Positions 50,551 to 64,000 of a DNA stretch of 64,000 nucleotides are shown here, in pieces. This stretch comes from Cenococcum geophilum (lineage: Eukaryota), in the NCBI GenBank assembly GCA_050273025.1, contig CP158635.1:10416001-10480000 (forward strand), written 5' to 3'. The position numbers and the translations under genes were made by a program. Position 1 is the first letter of the stretch. Each line of letters begins with the position of its first letter. Below the pieces are notes generated by a model. That model was not told where the DNA came from and did no database searches. It was given only the letters and a program-made list of their open reading frames with translations.

Positions 50551-52431
50551 TATTACGGCGCTGGTGGAAACTAGTAGATTATAGCGGACAGTTATAGATA
50601 GTCGTAGATAGTTTTATATAGTTCTAGATAGTTGCCGTTATATAACTAGAGGATTATATATAACGTTAAGCGGCGCTACCCTCCGTCTCCTTTTCTTTCT
50701 TTAGCTTTAGATCCTTGTTTATAGACTACTAATTATATAGGCTTACGCGTCCCTCTTACTGTACTCGTGCCTTAATTAACTAAGTCGCTAATATTATTTA
50801 AAGCTTAACTACCCTTTCTTCTTAAGAAGGAACTTAAATATATTTATAGACTATAAACTAGAATAGAATACAGAATTAGACCTAAAGAATATTACTAAAA
50901 CTAGAAGAATAGAAAAGAATAATAAGACCTATAGAATACGTATAGATTAAAACCCCTATAAAATCCTACTAGAAGTTACCCTAATAACTATACTACGATG
51001 CTAAGAAATATAGCAGCCGGCAAAGCAGCTATAGGACTCTTAAATACCTCTAATAGTAAGACAGCAACTAACTTAAACTCCTAGGTGGAGCTTATAGCAG
51101 CTAATGCCGAAATTAAATAACTTTAAGAGCTGCTTAAAGCTAAAGAACCCCCTACGCCTAGTAAGGAATTATTAGATACCTAAAGACTTACTATAGTCCT
51201 TAAGGCTCTAGCCTAATATATAATATTAGTATTATTGCGGTCTATAAAGGTTGCGGACCCCCTATTCTTATAAATAGAACCAACCCTATATTTAATAATT
51301 AGAAGCTTTAATTATAGGATAAGCTTAAAGTTAATATAGACTACTTCCCTACTACTTAAGCTAAAATGGCCTATGTCTTTAGCCGTACCGGCGGGGATAT
51401 ATAAACGCACCTACGTCCGCAGTACGTATAGGACTTAGCAGATCTCTTCCTCTCTAAAAAAGAGATAATTATCTACCTATCTTCTATTTATAAGGACCCC
51501 TTTAAAATATAAAACTCCTAACTTAATTATAAAAGCCTAAATATAAAAACAATAGAGACCTTCTTAGCCTTTTAGACCCGCTTTTTGCACCTAGCCGGCC
51601 AGACTTAAATTCCTTAGAAAGATTTAATGCCAGACCTATTTAACAAGCTTACCCTAAACCTACAGCAAGCCGTACTACTAGTTTTTACTACTATATAAAC
51701 GTTAAAGCAGCTTATAGATTAGTGCTTAGCTATTAACTAAGGCCTCCGCTAAATTAAGGTATACGCTAAATAGTATAAAGCTAGAAACCCTTTAAATTAG
51801 ACTATAAGTAATATAAGAACGGCCTATAATGCCCTAGTATAATTAGTAACCCCTATAGTACCACCTATATAGCCTACTGCCAATTTAGTAGCTAGCTATG
51901 CGGCTAGTCCTACTATAGGTTTAGTAAATACTCGGCCTATATATAGCAACCCCTATATATAGGCCCTTAGTAATTAAGAAGCTTACTTCTCTTATAGTTA
52001 GAAAGGTTACTATATAAAGGATTACCTAATAAATATAAAAGCGGATAAGGTTCTGTTAATCTAGGAGGATAGTATAAAGTTAGAAAAAGAGGAACCCTAG
52101 AGGAAGACTCCTCTTTAGAGTTAAAAGGGATTAATATATTAGACGTTAATCTAGGTTAACTAATTAGTAAAAAAAGCTATACTATCCCTTATACTTTATT
52201 CCGTAATAAATACTAAGTTTTAACCTCTACTTTAGCTAACTCTAAAGTAAATGTTTTTACCTTAATAGATACCTAGTATACTATAAAACTAGCTAACTTT
52301 CTAAATATACCTATTAAAGAACTACCTAAACTAATTCCTATTTGTGGGTATAATGGGCGGATAAGGCCACCTATTACAACTATCTTATAGATTTACCTCT
52401 GTGTTAATAGATAAAGGTAGTATAATATCCC
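50551..52431 (+). mobile_element. Gypsy family X, copy 2 (5' LTR, gag, start of PR), interrupted by Copia B'
   Basis: LTR 50551-50793. The internal sequence is the reverse complement of 8942 back to ~7325. Confidence 0.9.
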
Positions 52432-55400
52432 TATTCATACCAATTTAATAGCACGAGTAAGTCAGATCTAGGGGCACGAAATACATATAGTATCGTATGC
52501 TCTTTTAGATAATGGTAACTGTTAATTCTATTAAGGTAGACTACGTGGTCTATATACTGACGCGCCTCCCCCCTAATTAGTTAGTATATAGGTGGTTGGT
52601 ACACAAACGCGTAAATACGCGTTTGTATACTAAGTGCTATAATTATATACTAGCGGTACTTGGAAAATGAAACTACTTATATATAGCCTCCGTAATTGCC
52701 TTAATAGAACCATAAAACACGTAAGGAAATATATAGGAAATCCCTCCCAAGGTGCCTTCTGGGCTGCCTCCCAAATAGTGCTCTAAGCTGGCCGTAAGTC
52801 CTGCTTACGGTCCGTAAAATAAACTGTACGGCCCTTTAATGGGCTATAAGTAAACTATACGGCTTTCCGACGGGCCGTAACTAAACTATAAATACTCTAT
52901 TAGTCTCGCTCTACCCATTCTATAACCTTTAGGTTAAGCTTATTTATATTAATTAGGGTTTTAAGAGCTTGACACGGCTTTGCCTTAATTATAGCGTCCG
53001 CTAGGTTATTTCCGCTGCTAATCTATTTAACCTCCGTAATCTTATGTCGTTTATTGTCATAGTGCTGCAATGAAGTAGACTGAATAACTACGTTATAGTA
53101 TGAAGAGGGGAAGAAGGTGGAAAGGGGGTATTGTATACAAATAGTAGGGCCGGCCGCCAAGTCGCTAGTAGTGGGCTAGCTAACAGTAGGGAACAGTACG
53201 AGATAGTATAAAATAGTATGCGTCAGGTCAGTGCCGTGACAGTACTCCTCTCCCCTAGACGGTTTGGTCCCTAAACTAAATAGATAACTTAAAAATAGGC
53301 AGTATACGGGGTTGCCTATTTTCTACCGCAAAGATATTAGTTCCGCTTACCGCCCTTAACTAAGCTAATAGCGATTTTCTATGCCGGGCATGGAAAATCC
53401 TAATTGGTCAGTTTAGTGAGTAAGGTCGGCAGAACTCTATACCACCACCTAAATCGGTCCGTGCGGCGTTTCTTGGCAAGAATTTGGCTAATTAGATAAC
53501 TTTGACCGCCAGTTAAAGTTCTATAACATCTTAACCACCACAAATTTTAATGCGGTGGTCGGCCGCGACCTTAGCATAACTTTTCCTTATCTTGTGCCCA
53601 GTCTAGGGGTCCTAGCTTCTTAGGGTGTTGCTTATAGAAGCGCTATACAGCTTATTTATAACCCTTTAGGTCTTCCTCTAGCTGCTAGGTTATATCCTTA
53701 TAATATTTCCATTTAATCTTATAAGTTAGGCCCTAGGGGTCTTCGTTGTGTACATTAAGGATTTTCTTAAACTCCCATTTATCTTCTATATTGCCGTTAT
53801 CGTCTCTCTCTGCTACTCGTCCTTATACATTACGGCGCTCTACAGTATTAATATTTGCTTAGCCAGGGATCTCTTTAGTAGCCTAGAGGCGGACCTTAGA
53901 TGTATAAAAGGATTTATTTACTTAGATGTGGTTTAGGAGGTCTACTATAACTGCCCCTTAGTATACTGCGAGTACGGGGTATAGGCCATCCTATTTGTCG
54001 TCCCATTTCTTCTTAGGTCTATTTATCTTTATATTTTCTAAGCTAACCATAACTATATTACCTTCGTAGAATAACGCGCTCTTATCCCTACGGGTATTAG
54101 CATTGTTTTTATAGCGTTACTATAAAATCTGGGCTAGGGCCTTAAGCTATATTAATATCCGCTTAAAGCGGTTGGCCATAGAGTCTGCGTGGAAGAACTC
54201 CTTCTTTACTTATACTAATAGTGTTAGTAAGCAGGGGCTAGTAGGCTCGATTCCGAGGTGAGGGTTAAAGCCATAGTTTACAAAAAATAAGGAGATGCCT
54301 ATACTCTCGTTAACTTGGTTATTTATAGCAAACTTAGTAAGCGGTAGGTAGTTAACCTAGTCGTCCTATATAAAGCTAACAAAAGCATAAAGGTATTTAT
54401 TTACGGCGGCGTTAATAATTTTAGTTTAGCCGTCCATTTCTGGGTGTTAGGCTAAGCTTAGTTACAAGATTGTTTTAAGGCGTTTACTTAGTTATTGCCA
54501 GAAGTCGCTAATAAATTATATGCCGCGATTAGAGATAATCGTGCTTAGTACACCGTGGAGCTTATATACGTTATTAATAAAGCTATTAACTAACTCCTCT
54601 ATTAAGAGTCCTGTTACTAGAACGAGGTGTTATATTTTAGTTAGGCGGTCTATAATAATAAGGATATATTTATATGCCTTACCATAGCGTTAGTATACTG
54701 GCAGTGTTGTGATATAGTCAATTAAGATATTGGTTTATAGGCAAGCGGGTAATTCTAGTGGCTTTAGGAAACCGGGCGGGGCAGAACGGGGTCTTAGTGC
54801 GAAAGCATAGGGCATAGTCTTTAACGAAGGTAGCCGTAAACTGGGAGATTCCTAGCCATTAGTATATTTAGTTTAAAAGGTCAAGAGTCTTAACCCGGCT
54901 AGGGTAACTAGCGGGGCCGCTGCTATAAGAGTGATGGGTAACTTTTAGGCAGAGGTCTAGGGCGTTAGGGATGAAGAGATATTAGCGGAAGTAGATCTAT
55001 CCGTCAATAATACTATATTCTAACTTATCGCAACGGAGTAATTTCCTAATTTTCTTTAGCTAATAGCGAGCTTTCTAATTACGTAGGGCTGCTACTATAT
55101 CTCTTGTGAGTTTGTTCTCCTAGTATCCTAGCCAAATTAACTTATTTAGTGACTTTTCGGCTATTTTAGGGTCTAGAGCGGCTATAAACTCCGCGTTATT
55201 AGAGTTACGGGACTTATATAGTAATTCTTCTAAGATTATAGGGTTAACTTTCTAGGGCGGTATAATAACTTAGGCTCGGTAGCGGAGGCGTTTGTTATTA
55301 GCGTCCTTAGGCCTTATTCCTAGTAGCCAGCTTAGGGCGTTAGGGAGCGTGGCTTTGCTACTAGGTTTATATATAATTACAAAGTTAAACTATAAAAGGA

Positions 55401-58400
55401 ACTCTGCCCACTAGACTTAGCGCTAGTTTAGCTGCTTAGTAGTTATAAATATCTATAGGTTCTTATAGTCGGTAATAATTTTAAACGGCTCCTTAGTCCC
55501 TTATAGCTTAGGACGCTATTCCTCTAAAGCCTTAATAATAGCTAGGAGTTCTTTATTGTAAATCTTATAGTTATATTCTGGCGCGGAGTGCTTTATAGAG
55601 AAAAATGCAACCGGTCTTAATTTTCCGTCATTATTATACTAGAAAAGGACTCCGCCAAAAGCCTAATTCAATGCGTCTATCTCTACTACTGTTTTCTTTA
55701 TATAGTTATAATATACTAGTACTAGTGCTAAAGTAAAGGCTCCCTTAAGGGCCTTAAATAATTTAGCTTATTCTAGTCCCTATAGCCATCCGATATCCTT
55801 TTTTAGAAGTTTTATTATAGGTATAGTGATAGCAGAGTAGCCTTGGATAAATTATCGGTAGAAGTTTGCGAAGCTAAGAAATTGTTATAGTTCTTTAATT
55901 AATATCGGGTCCTTCTATTCCTATAAGGCCTGTATCTTCTTAGGGTCTATAGTCATGCCATTAGTTAAGATAATTAAGCTAAGGTATTTTGTTTTAGTAG
56001 AGTAAAACTTAGACTTATTAATATTAATCTAAAGTCTAGCATTACCGAGTCTTTGGATGACTTCATTTATATACTTAGTATGCTCGGCGCGTGTTTTAGA
56101 AAAGATAAGGACGTTATTAAGGTAGGCGGTATAGTAGTCGTTAAGGGCGTTATATAGAATATGGTTAATATAGTTCTGGAATATAGCGGGTGCGTTATAG
56201 AGGCTAAATAGTGTAATTAGCATCTTATAGAGTCCGAACCGGGTAATAAATATTATAAGCCACTTATAGCCCTCCGCAATCCGGATTTAGTTAAATATAG
56301 CAATTATATTAAGTTTAGTAAAGTACTTGGCGCTATAAAGTACGTTAAGTGTCTCGCGGATTAGTGGCAGTGGGTATTAATTCTTAATAGTGACTGTGTT
56401 TAGGCCTTGGTAGTTATAGTAGATTTATATACCGCCGCCGGGCTTAGTAGCAAGGAGGAGTGGTACGGTAGCTAGTAAGGTTAATTCGCGGATAAAACCC
56501 TTATCTAGCATCTTATTAATCCACTTCTTTATACACCTAAGTTTAGTAGGTAAGAGTGGTCTATTTTTATAGTACGGGGCCTAGTTTCCAGGGGTGATCT
56601 CAATTTTATAGTCCTATAGTTAGTAAGGGGGCAGCTTATTTACGTTCTTAGGGAGGAAGTGCTTAATATATTTACTAAACTCCTTTAATAGGCATTATAG
56701 AATGTTTTCGCGGGTTAATCCTAGTTTGCCTTTTAGGAATTTTTTAATATTAGTGTCGACTATCTTCTAACGTAAAAGCTCGGGTTTGGTTTTTAAATTT
56801 GTCTTAAGGAAGTTATAGAAATAGGGGGGGAGCGCTTTACGGGCTTCCTTTATTATATAGTCGCCTTCTACCAGCTAGCAGAAAGACCTTTCTAATAGGT
56901 TCGGTACTTCTATTAGGCCTATAGGCAGCTCTTTAAGCAGCTATTAGTGCTTATCTTATTTAACTAGTTCTACTAGCTCCGCTATATAGATCCTTATTAC
57001 CTTTACATCTTTTTATTTATAGAACTGGGTAAAATTAACAATATAGGTATATTTAATATCGTCTAGGTTAGGGCGTGTCTGGCTCTCTAGTGCTATAGCT
57101 AGGCTAGCACGGCTTAGTTGGCCTAGGGGGGCGGAAACGAGGCGGCGGCCCTATATAGTACGCGCGGGAGACGGGTGTGAGGTTGGGCGTTACGGTGGCG
57201 CGGTTTCTATTATTTGGGTCTTAATAGTTCTATAGCTAGTCCTTACTATAATGTGAGCTATAGTGTGCATATATAGTATATGGCTTAGTTCTAGGTGTTA
57301 GGCTAGGCGGCTGGGGTTTAAATAGTGCCTAGGTTAGGGTTAGTTTCTTAGTAGTGGTGGTATAAAGCAGACCTTCTTCCTTGGTCTCGGTAGGGCTAGC
57401 TAGCCCATTATTTTAGTTTTAAGTGCTAGGTTAGTCCAGTCTTCTACTATTTCGTTTCTTTGCAGCTATATAGGCTCCCCTTTATTAGGAACGTCTTCTA
57501 CTATTAGGGCTTTGTATATAGTCCTAGGCACTAGGCTTAGTAGTGCTAAGTATCTATATAGGGCGTCCCTACTAACGTCAGCTATCCCCTATAGGAGGCA
57601 GTGCCTAGAGCAGTAGTCTAAGTTAAAGTGGATTTTAAGTTTCCTAAAGCTGGGACGGGGCTTGTGCTTCTAAAGCCAGGGCATACCTAGGATAATTAGG
57701 GTAGTAGGCGAGAGTTTAGTAATAAAAAAGAGTATGGCTTTAGTATAGAGGCCGATTAATATTTGGGCGGTAAAGTAGTCCGTAATAAGCGAAGTTAGGA
57801 TGCTATCTATAAGGCGCAGTGGCCTAGGTACTAGCAGCTTCTTAGTTATAACATTATACTTTCTTATAATAGACTCTGCATTAGTAAATGCTATTATAGT
57901 ACTACTAGAGTCTACTAGGCTTACTATATTAATATAAACTTAGGGGTATAGGTTACGTAATAAGGAGAGTTGGGTTTAAATAAGGATTAATTTCTTATTA
58001 CTGTTTGCTAATCTAAGATTAAGTAGCAGTTTACTAATAGAAAGAACTAATTAATTTAGTAACAGGGACCTAATCTTCTCGTCTTCCTCCTTATATAGTT
58101 TAGACCCTTAGGCACGACTTAGTCTAAGGGTCTGCCTTTTAACGACTAGGGTATAGGGCTGTCTTAGCGGGGCGGTCCAGTGTCCGTCTAGCTGGCGGTG
58201 TTTGTCTCTGTTTTGGTTGGGGTATAGAAAGACAATACCTTGCTAACAACGTAGCTGTATTTGTATTTGCTAGCGCAAAGTTACTAATACTAGGCGTTGT
58301 TAACGGGTTAGGCTCCTATATAGGGTATAGTTTAGAGTAACTAAGCCGTAGGGTTAAAGGGGGGGGGTTATCTACTGCGGCTATAATAGGCTCCGCGGTC

Positions 58401-61400
58401 GCCGCGTCTATAATGGACTCTATAGTCGCTATATCCGCGGTTATTTATTCGTGTTATTTAATGGGGTGGTATTAGGACTAGGTTTACTATCTTAATGGGG
58501 TTATAGGCATCCTTCTAGTGGCCGGGCAGGCCACAGGTAAGGCACAGTCTATTATTAACGCGGCGCTTACGCTCCGTGTCTAAGATTCTATTAAGGTTTA
58601 TAGGTTCTCTAGTCACTACTAGGGTCGGGGTTAATATAGGGGCAGGGGCTTAGGCAGGTAGGTGGTAGTTAGCGTTCTTTTTAAGGTTGGCTTGGTATAT
58701 ATAGTTTGCAAGGTTCTTAGCGAATATATCTATCTACTTGCTCTAACCTATATAGTCGCTATTGTTAATTTTATAGGCCAGTCTAAATACCAGCTCTTCC
58801 ATTTTTGGAGAGATAAACTTTCGGAGTAGGTCTACCTTCTATTCGTTTGTCTTCTTAGCGCGGACTATTAGCTCGTTAAGCTCTCCCTTCTAGGACTAGT
58901 AATTACGCTTGCCTTAGGGGAAATAGTTAAGCTTATTCTTTGCGACCTAGGTTATATTAAGGACCTTATAGTAGGTAGTAAGGTCTTTAAGTATATCTTC
59001 CTTAGTAGGCCATTTCCACGCAGATATATTGTTTGGGTTCTCGTATATAAGCTCTAGGCCCTACTTAATAAACTTATAGGCCTTATCCTCTAGTATATCC
59101 GAGATATAAAGAATCTAGGACTAAACTATGTTAAAGTAGTCCTAGTCTTAGTTAAAAACTCCCTTAATCTTAATATGCCAGGTCTTGAAATTAGCTTATT
59201 ATTCTAGTGGGGTACCTTTTCCACTAAATATTAGCGGGTCTTTAGATCTCCATTTTTTCTGCTAGGTTACTACCGTTATTATAGGGGTTAATTATTTTAG
59301 AACGGTAATAATCTCTGCTTAGGAGTTAATAGTTCCTATCTAGGAAGCGATAAGGGCACTAAGGTTTTCGTTAGCTTTCTTATTAGCGGTGTTTGTGTTA
59401 TATATATACTATAGTCCTACTTTAATATTATTAAGGAACTTATTGGTATAGTTAATAAGGGTAAGGTAAGCTTTACTAGGCTTAAAGGTCTTAGGGTATA
59501 GTGGGGAGCGGCGGATTATCCACGCGATATTAGGGTATGTCTCTATAAATAGGTCTGCGAAAACGTCACGGGGGTTCTAGGTTTCGGCCATTTTAGCGTC
59601 GTTAGTGTCGCCCATTTAGGCGCTAGGTAAAAACTAAGGATTATTCTAGGACTGTGCTAGGGACATATCGGTTTTAGCAGAGGCACGCGTAGGTCGCGAT
59701 TGCTCTAGGGCGGAGGTTAATTAGCTAGGGTATGGGGAATTAGTGATCGCGATGGGGCGCAAATTAAAGATACCACAAACTGTTACAGTGCTGCAATAAA
59801 GTAGACTAAATAACTACGTTGTGGTATAAAGAGGGGAAGAAGGTAGAAAGGGGGTATTGTATATAAATAGTAGGGCCGGCCGCTAAGTCGCTAGTGGTGG
59901 GCTAGCTAACAGTAGGGAACAGTACGAGACAGTATGAAACAGTATGCGTTAGGTTAGTGCCGTGATATTTATAGGCCTAATATAAGCATATTAGGTCGAC
60001 TATAAGCCTCTTCTTTTATATTATACTTAGTTTAACTAGGCAGTTATAGAGGGACTTTAAATTAGTATATAAAACTAGGGGTAACTACTCTAGTTATAGA
60101 ATCTTCTAGACCGTTAATTTAATTACGGCTGCTATATTAAATCCATGGGCTAGTATATATAGTTCAGAAGCTAGTACACTGCAGGTTACTTATTTGCACT
60201 TAATTAAAGACTAGTATAGTATATTTGCGTCTTAATTACGGTCCATAAGTACAATTATAAAGCCGATTTATAATAATAGGTCCCTGTTATTAGTAAAGGA
60301 GGCGTCTATAAATACCATTACGCTAAGGGAATTTAGGTCTAGTGGTATAAAAGTAAGTCCTCTTATCACGTTATTAATTTGCTATTAAATGCGCTTATTA
60401 AGCTGCTTAATATTTTCTTCTTACGGATTTACTGCCTAGGCCGTAAAGGACAAGTCGTAGGCAAATTTAGGTTGGCAGACTATAGCCATATAGGCACCTC
60501 TTGCACGCTATATAGCGTATTAGTCCTTTATATTTACGGTCTTATAAGTCTTTCTGTAGGAACTAGTAAGGTCCGTAGGCTTTGCTATAATAGGCTTTAG
60601 GTTTTAAGCTTAGCGTTCCTAAGTTAGCTTAATTAGGTTGCCCTTTTATATAATTAGGCCTCTATTAAACTTAATTAGATTCTGCTTAGTTAACTACTCT
60701 TACAGCTTTACTAAGAACTTAGCCTTTTATAGTTTAGTTTCTTTAGCGTCCGCAAAAGTCTAGTCCGCTAAAAAGAGAGTATTATTTGTTTAGAGTCTAA
60801 TAATACTAAGGCCGTTTATTAGGGTGTATAGGAGGCAGGGGTTATAGGTCAACTACTCCATCTTAAGTTTACGGATATAGTGCTAGTAGTATATCTTAAA
60901 CTAATAGTTTCTAGCTTCTGGTACTCTGTAAAGCGGTTTTATAACCTATAAAATTGTTCTTAGTTGTAAACTAAGCTTAAGCGGTAGTTATATAAAGATG
61001 CCCCTACTTAGGTAAATATTGGACTGTATATAGGCTTATAAGATATCCCGTAAGTATAAGGCTACGGGTCTAGTTTGCTGTAATCTAGGCGTAAGTATAG
61101 GTATAATCTATTAACTAACTCGTTAAATTATAGGCGATTGCGTAAGAACTAAGCCCTTTCCCTAGTCGTTATAAGCTTGTATAACAAGCCTTAATTTTTT
61201 AAAAGCTTTATTAGTACTAGGGTGCTTAATTTTGTTAACGAAGCGTAAGTTAAATATACAGACGCCTTGCGGAACGTCTTTCTCCGTTATAACCGTAAAG
61301 ACGCCCTTTTTAAGTAGTCTGTTAATCTCTTTACGTTATAAGTCCGTAAAAGGGGTTTTCTATACTAGAACTAATATATCTATAGGTGGAGATTACCTTG

Positions 61401-63473
61401 CGGATATTCCTACAGAGGTTAGGTAATTCTTTATTACGGGGTTTTTAGTTATAGGGTGCTTTTGGGGGCGTCCTTAACCACGCTTTACGGCCGGTTTAAT
61501 GGGTTTCTAGGGGACTTCTAAAGTAGGTAGGGGTGCTTTTAGTTTATCTAGTTTAGCGGGTGCTTCTAGTTTGTCTAGTTTAACGGCACAGGTATTTTTG
61601 GACCAAAAGTAGGGTTTTACGGACGTGCTTCTAAAGTTAGTTGGTCTGCTAGGAAGTTATACGTAGCACGTTTCGTCTTCTATAGCTAGTAGACAATAAG
61701 GTCTAGTCTAGTTGCCGCTCTTACGCCATATAAGGACTTTAGAATTAAGCGGAAGGTTATAAACTAAGGTTATGTTAGGTCCGTTGCGGTAATATAGGGC
61801 GCTATTAACAGCTTGTTTAGCCCGTAATTTAACTATTTTAGCTATTGCCTTCTATATTATAGCTGCTTGTTTTATAATAGACGGGGCAGGAGGGCCTAGG
61901 TTACTTATCCTTAGGTAAGCTCCGTAAACTAAGAGGGTAGGTACTAGTCTATTAGGGCCAGCGGTGTTATTAACGGCTTTTACGGCTATCTGTAAAGCCA
62001 GTTCCTTTTAAATATCCTTATATTCGTCTATAATAATCTAGTAGGCTCTTTATAAAGCTAGGTAAGCTCGCTTAATAAGCCTAATAGACTAATACGCCTT
62101 AACTGGAACGGCTTTTATTAAAATAGCTATAGCTATAGCGTACTATTAGAATTCCTTACTAATAAAGTTCTTACCGGCGTTGTAGGTAATATACTTAGGG
62201 GATCTAACGTATATATTAATCTAGTAGGTCCGTAAAATGTCCCAAGTATATTTTATAGATATATTTTGTAACCAATAGGTGGCTTAATAGCGGGTTGCCT
62301 TGTTAATTATATATAATACTAGGCTACCGTTAATATACATAATATCTACGTATACTAAGTGGTTAAAATTAAGGTCTTTATAAAGAGTAAACTTAAATTA
62401 GCCTAGGGAACGTCCGTATTTCTAGCAGAAGGAGCAGTATTTAGTTAGGTAGTTAATTGCCTTTCTATTAACGTTATTATATCTAGAACATTTAAGGACT
62501 CTATATAGCTTTTTGGCTAACAGGTAGCCGAAACGGCAGTATAGGCGGTAGATTTCCGTACTAGTAAGGTAGCACGGGTTATAGTCAAAAGATTCCTAAA
62601 TATAGGTCCGTAAAGTCTCTCCCTATATAAGGAACGAGTGTCTAAATCGTCGTGTAATTAGTAGGGTAATATTTTTACTTCTTAGGGCAGTTGCGGGGCT
62701 AATCAGGGTATCCGTAACATTGTTATAGTAAACCTATAGTCTGTCTATATCCGTAAGGCAAAGTAGGAAAAGGGTGTCCGCTTTTACTATATAGAAGTTA
62801 ACTAGGCTAATTAGAGTCTTAACTTTAACTAATTTAATTAATGCGGTTAAGCTAATGCCGAATTAGACGTTTATAGCCCCAGTTTACATAGTATTAATGT
62901 CCGTATTGTTATTTACGGTAGTCTTATATACAAGGTATTGTCCGTAACCTATAGTAGACTTTTTAGAGGCACCTATATCGATTATAACGCTATAAAATTC
63001 TTTAGGGGTGTAGCGTTCTATAGTGATATATGCAAATGGGTCCTATTTAGGGTCTGTAATGTCCGTAATAGGTCTAATAGGTATACTTACGGGCTAGTTT
63101 TTAGGTGTAATTAAGTATATAAAGAAGCGGTCGGCTAATACGGTCGTAATATTAAAGGCTTAGCTGTCTATAAAAGGTTTAAAAGTGGTTAAGAATATCT
63201 TTAAGGTCTCTTATTCCTAAGCGTCTAAGTTAAAATTAATTATAAGGGCTTCTATTAACTTATTAGGAGGCTCTTCTACTTCCTTTCCTTTATATTCTAA
63301 AATAAACTGGTTAATACAGCTATTAAGTCTCTTTTTAGACTTGTTACGTTCTTCCTGGGTATACTTTATAAACTAACATCCTTCCTTACCGTATATAAAG
63401 CACTTTTGGCTAGTTTATCTGCGGGGGTATATTTTTATACGGGGGTTACTATAGGGGTTACGGGTAGGACTTG
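52432..63473 (-). mobile_element. Copia family B, second copy (B'), hosting Gypsy E and interrupted in gag by Gypsy C'
   Basis: 3' LTR 52432-52649 is a diverged B LTR. Internal 52650-53054 and 59973-63473 match ~23710-27840 in reverse complement. Confidence 0.92.
53055..59967 (-). mobile_element. Ty3/Gypsy chromovirus family E, full-length and RIP-inactivated
   Basis: 187-bp LTRs 53055-53241 and 59781-59967. TSD tttat. RT fragment in ORF 56029-56223 (LFSLYNAPAIFQ...AYLNNVLIFS). Chromodomain 'WEFKKILNV...YKIKWKY' at ~53700-53780. Confidence 0.95.
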
Positions 63474-64000
63474 TGTAAGAGGCTAGCCTGACCGGAATAT
63501 ATAATTATCTAATCGACAGTGTTACCGGTAAGTAGAAGGTAAGTTAAAGGTAAGTTAAAGGTAAGTTAAAGGTAGAATAAGTTTCATGTATTAAAGGATA
63601 AATGCTTCTAACTACTTCTATTTAGAGACTAATCGCTAGTTCTTCTCTAGAGGGGAACTAGCTTCCTATATATTTCTTTTAAAACACTAGTAAAACCTTT
63701 CGCCCCTAACCTGTTTAACTATGTCTTTTAGAACATAGATGGGATATAGATAAAACCTCCTACCGTCTTATTAGATATATACCTTCTAGGGGATTCCGTT
63801 ATAATTGCCTCCCCTTTTAGGGTCTTAGTCCTTTAAGACTTTGCCTCTACTAAGCTTTTATAAAGTTCCGGCTAAAACTACTAGGGAAACCCTTAGTAGA
63901 AAGATACTTTATAATGCGACTTATTGCTAGCTCTTTACTAGCGCGGAACTTTATTTTATCTTTTATTCCTCTGCTCTTTTTCTACCCTAGCTCCTTATAG
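63474..64000 (-). mobile_element. Gypsy family C, second copy (C'): 3' LTR, PPT and start of 3' region; runs off the window
   Basis: LTR 63474-63803 (tgtaagaggc...) matches 19700-20030, and 63804-64000 matches 20031-~20227. Confidence 0.93.

Noticed and set aside
56029..56223. 64-aa ORF as a functional gene
   Set aside because: It is a stop-free fragment of Gypsy E RT with YLDD mutated to YLNN.

Overview
This is a gene-free, AT-rich block of nested transposable elements from a filamentous ascomycete genome. It has been mutated by repeat-induced point mutation (RIP): CpA/TpG are visibly depleted, TpA is in excess, reading frames are full of TAA/TAG, and repeat copies differ mainly by C>T/G>A. 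I see no intact host gene. Matching LTR pairs, TIRs and target-site duplications (TSDs) resolve five Ty3/Gypsy families (F, X, C, D, E; four show a chromodomain), two Ty1/Copia families (A, B), three solo LTRs, a 3.4-kb Tc1/IS630-type DNA transposon, three MITE/fold-back elements and a ~1.1-kb split-direct-repeat element. Family letters are my own labels. The most notable finds are: (1) a 1,024-bp non-coding retroposon (33173-34196) with a 14-bp TSD and (TAC)n tail, whose first base is G1 of a complete HDV-like ribozyme fold; (2) a spliced antisense gene encoding a Zn2Cys6-like cluster in the 3' region of Gypsy C; (3) a palindrome + CCAAT module shared by the 3' UTRs of two Copia and two Gypsy families; (4) a convergent cargo ORF inside the Tc1 element. 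All protein calls are manual translations of RIP-degraded frames, 'de-RIP' readings are my reconstructions, and no database searches were run.
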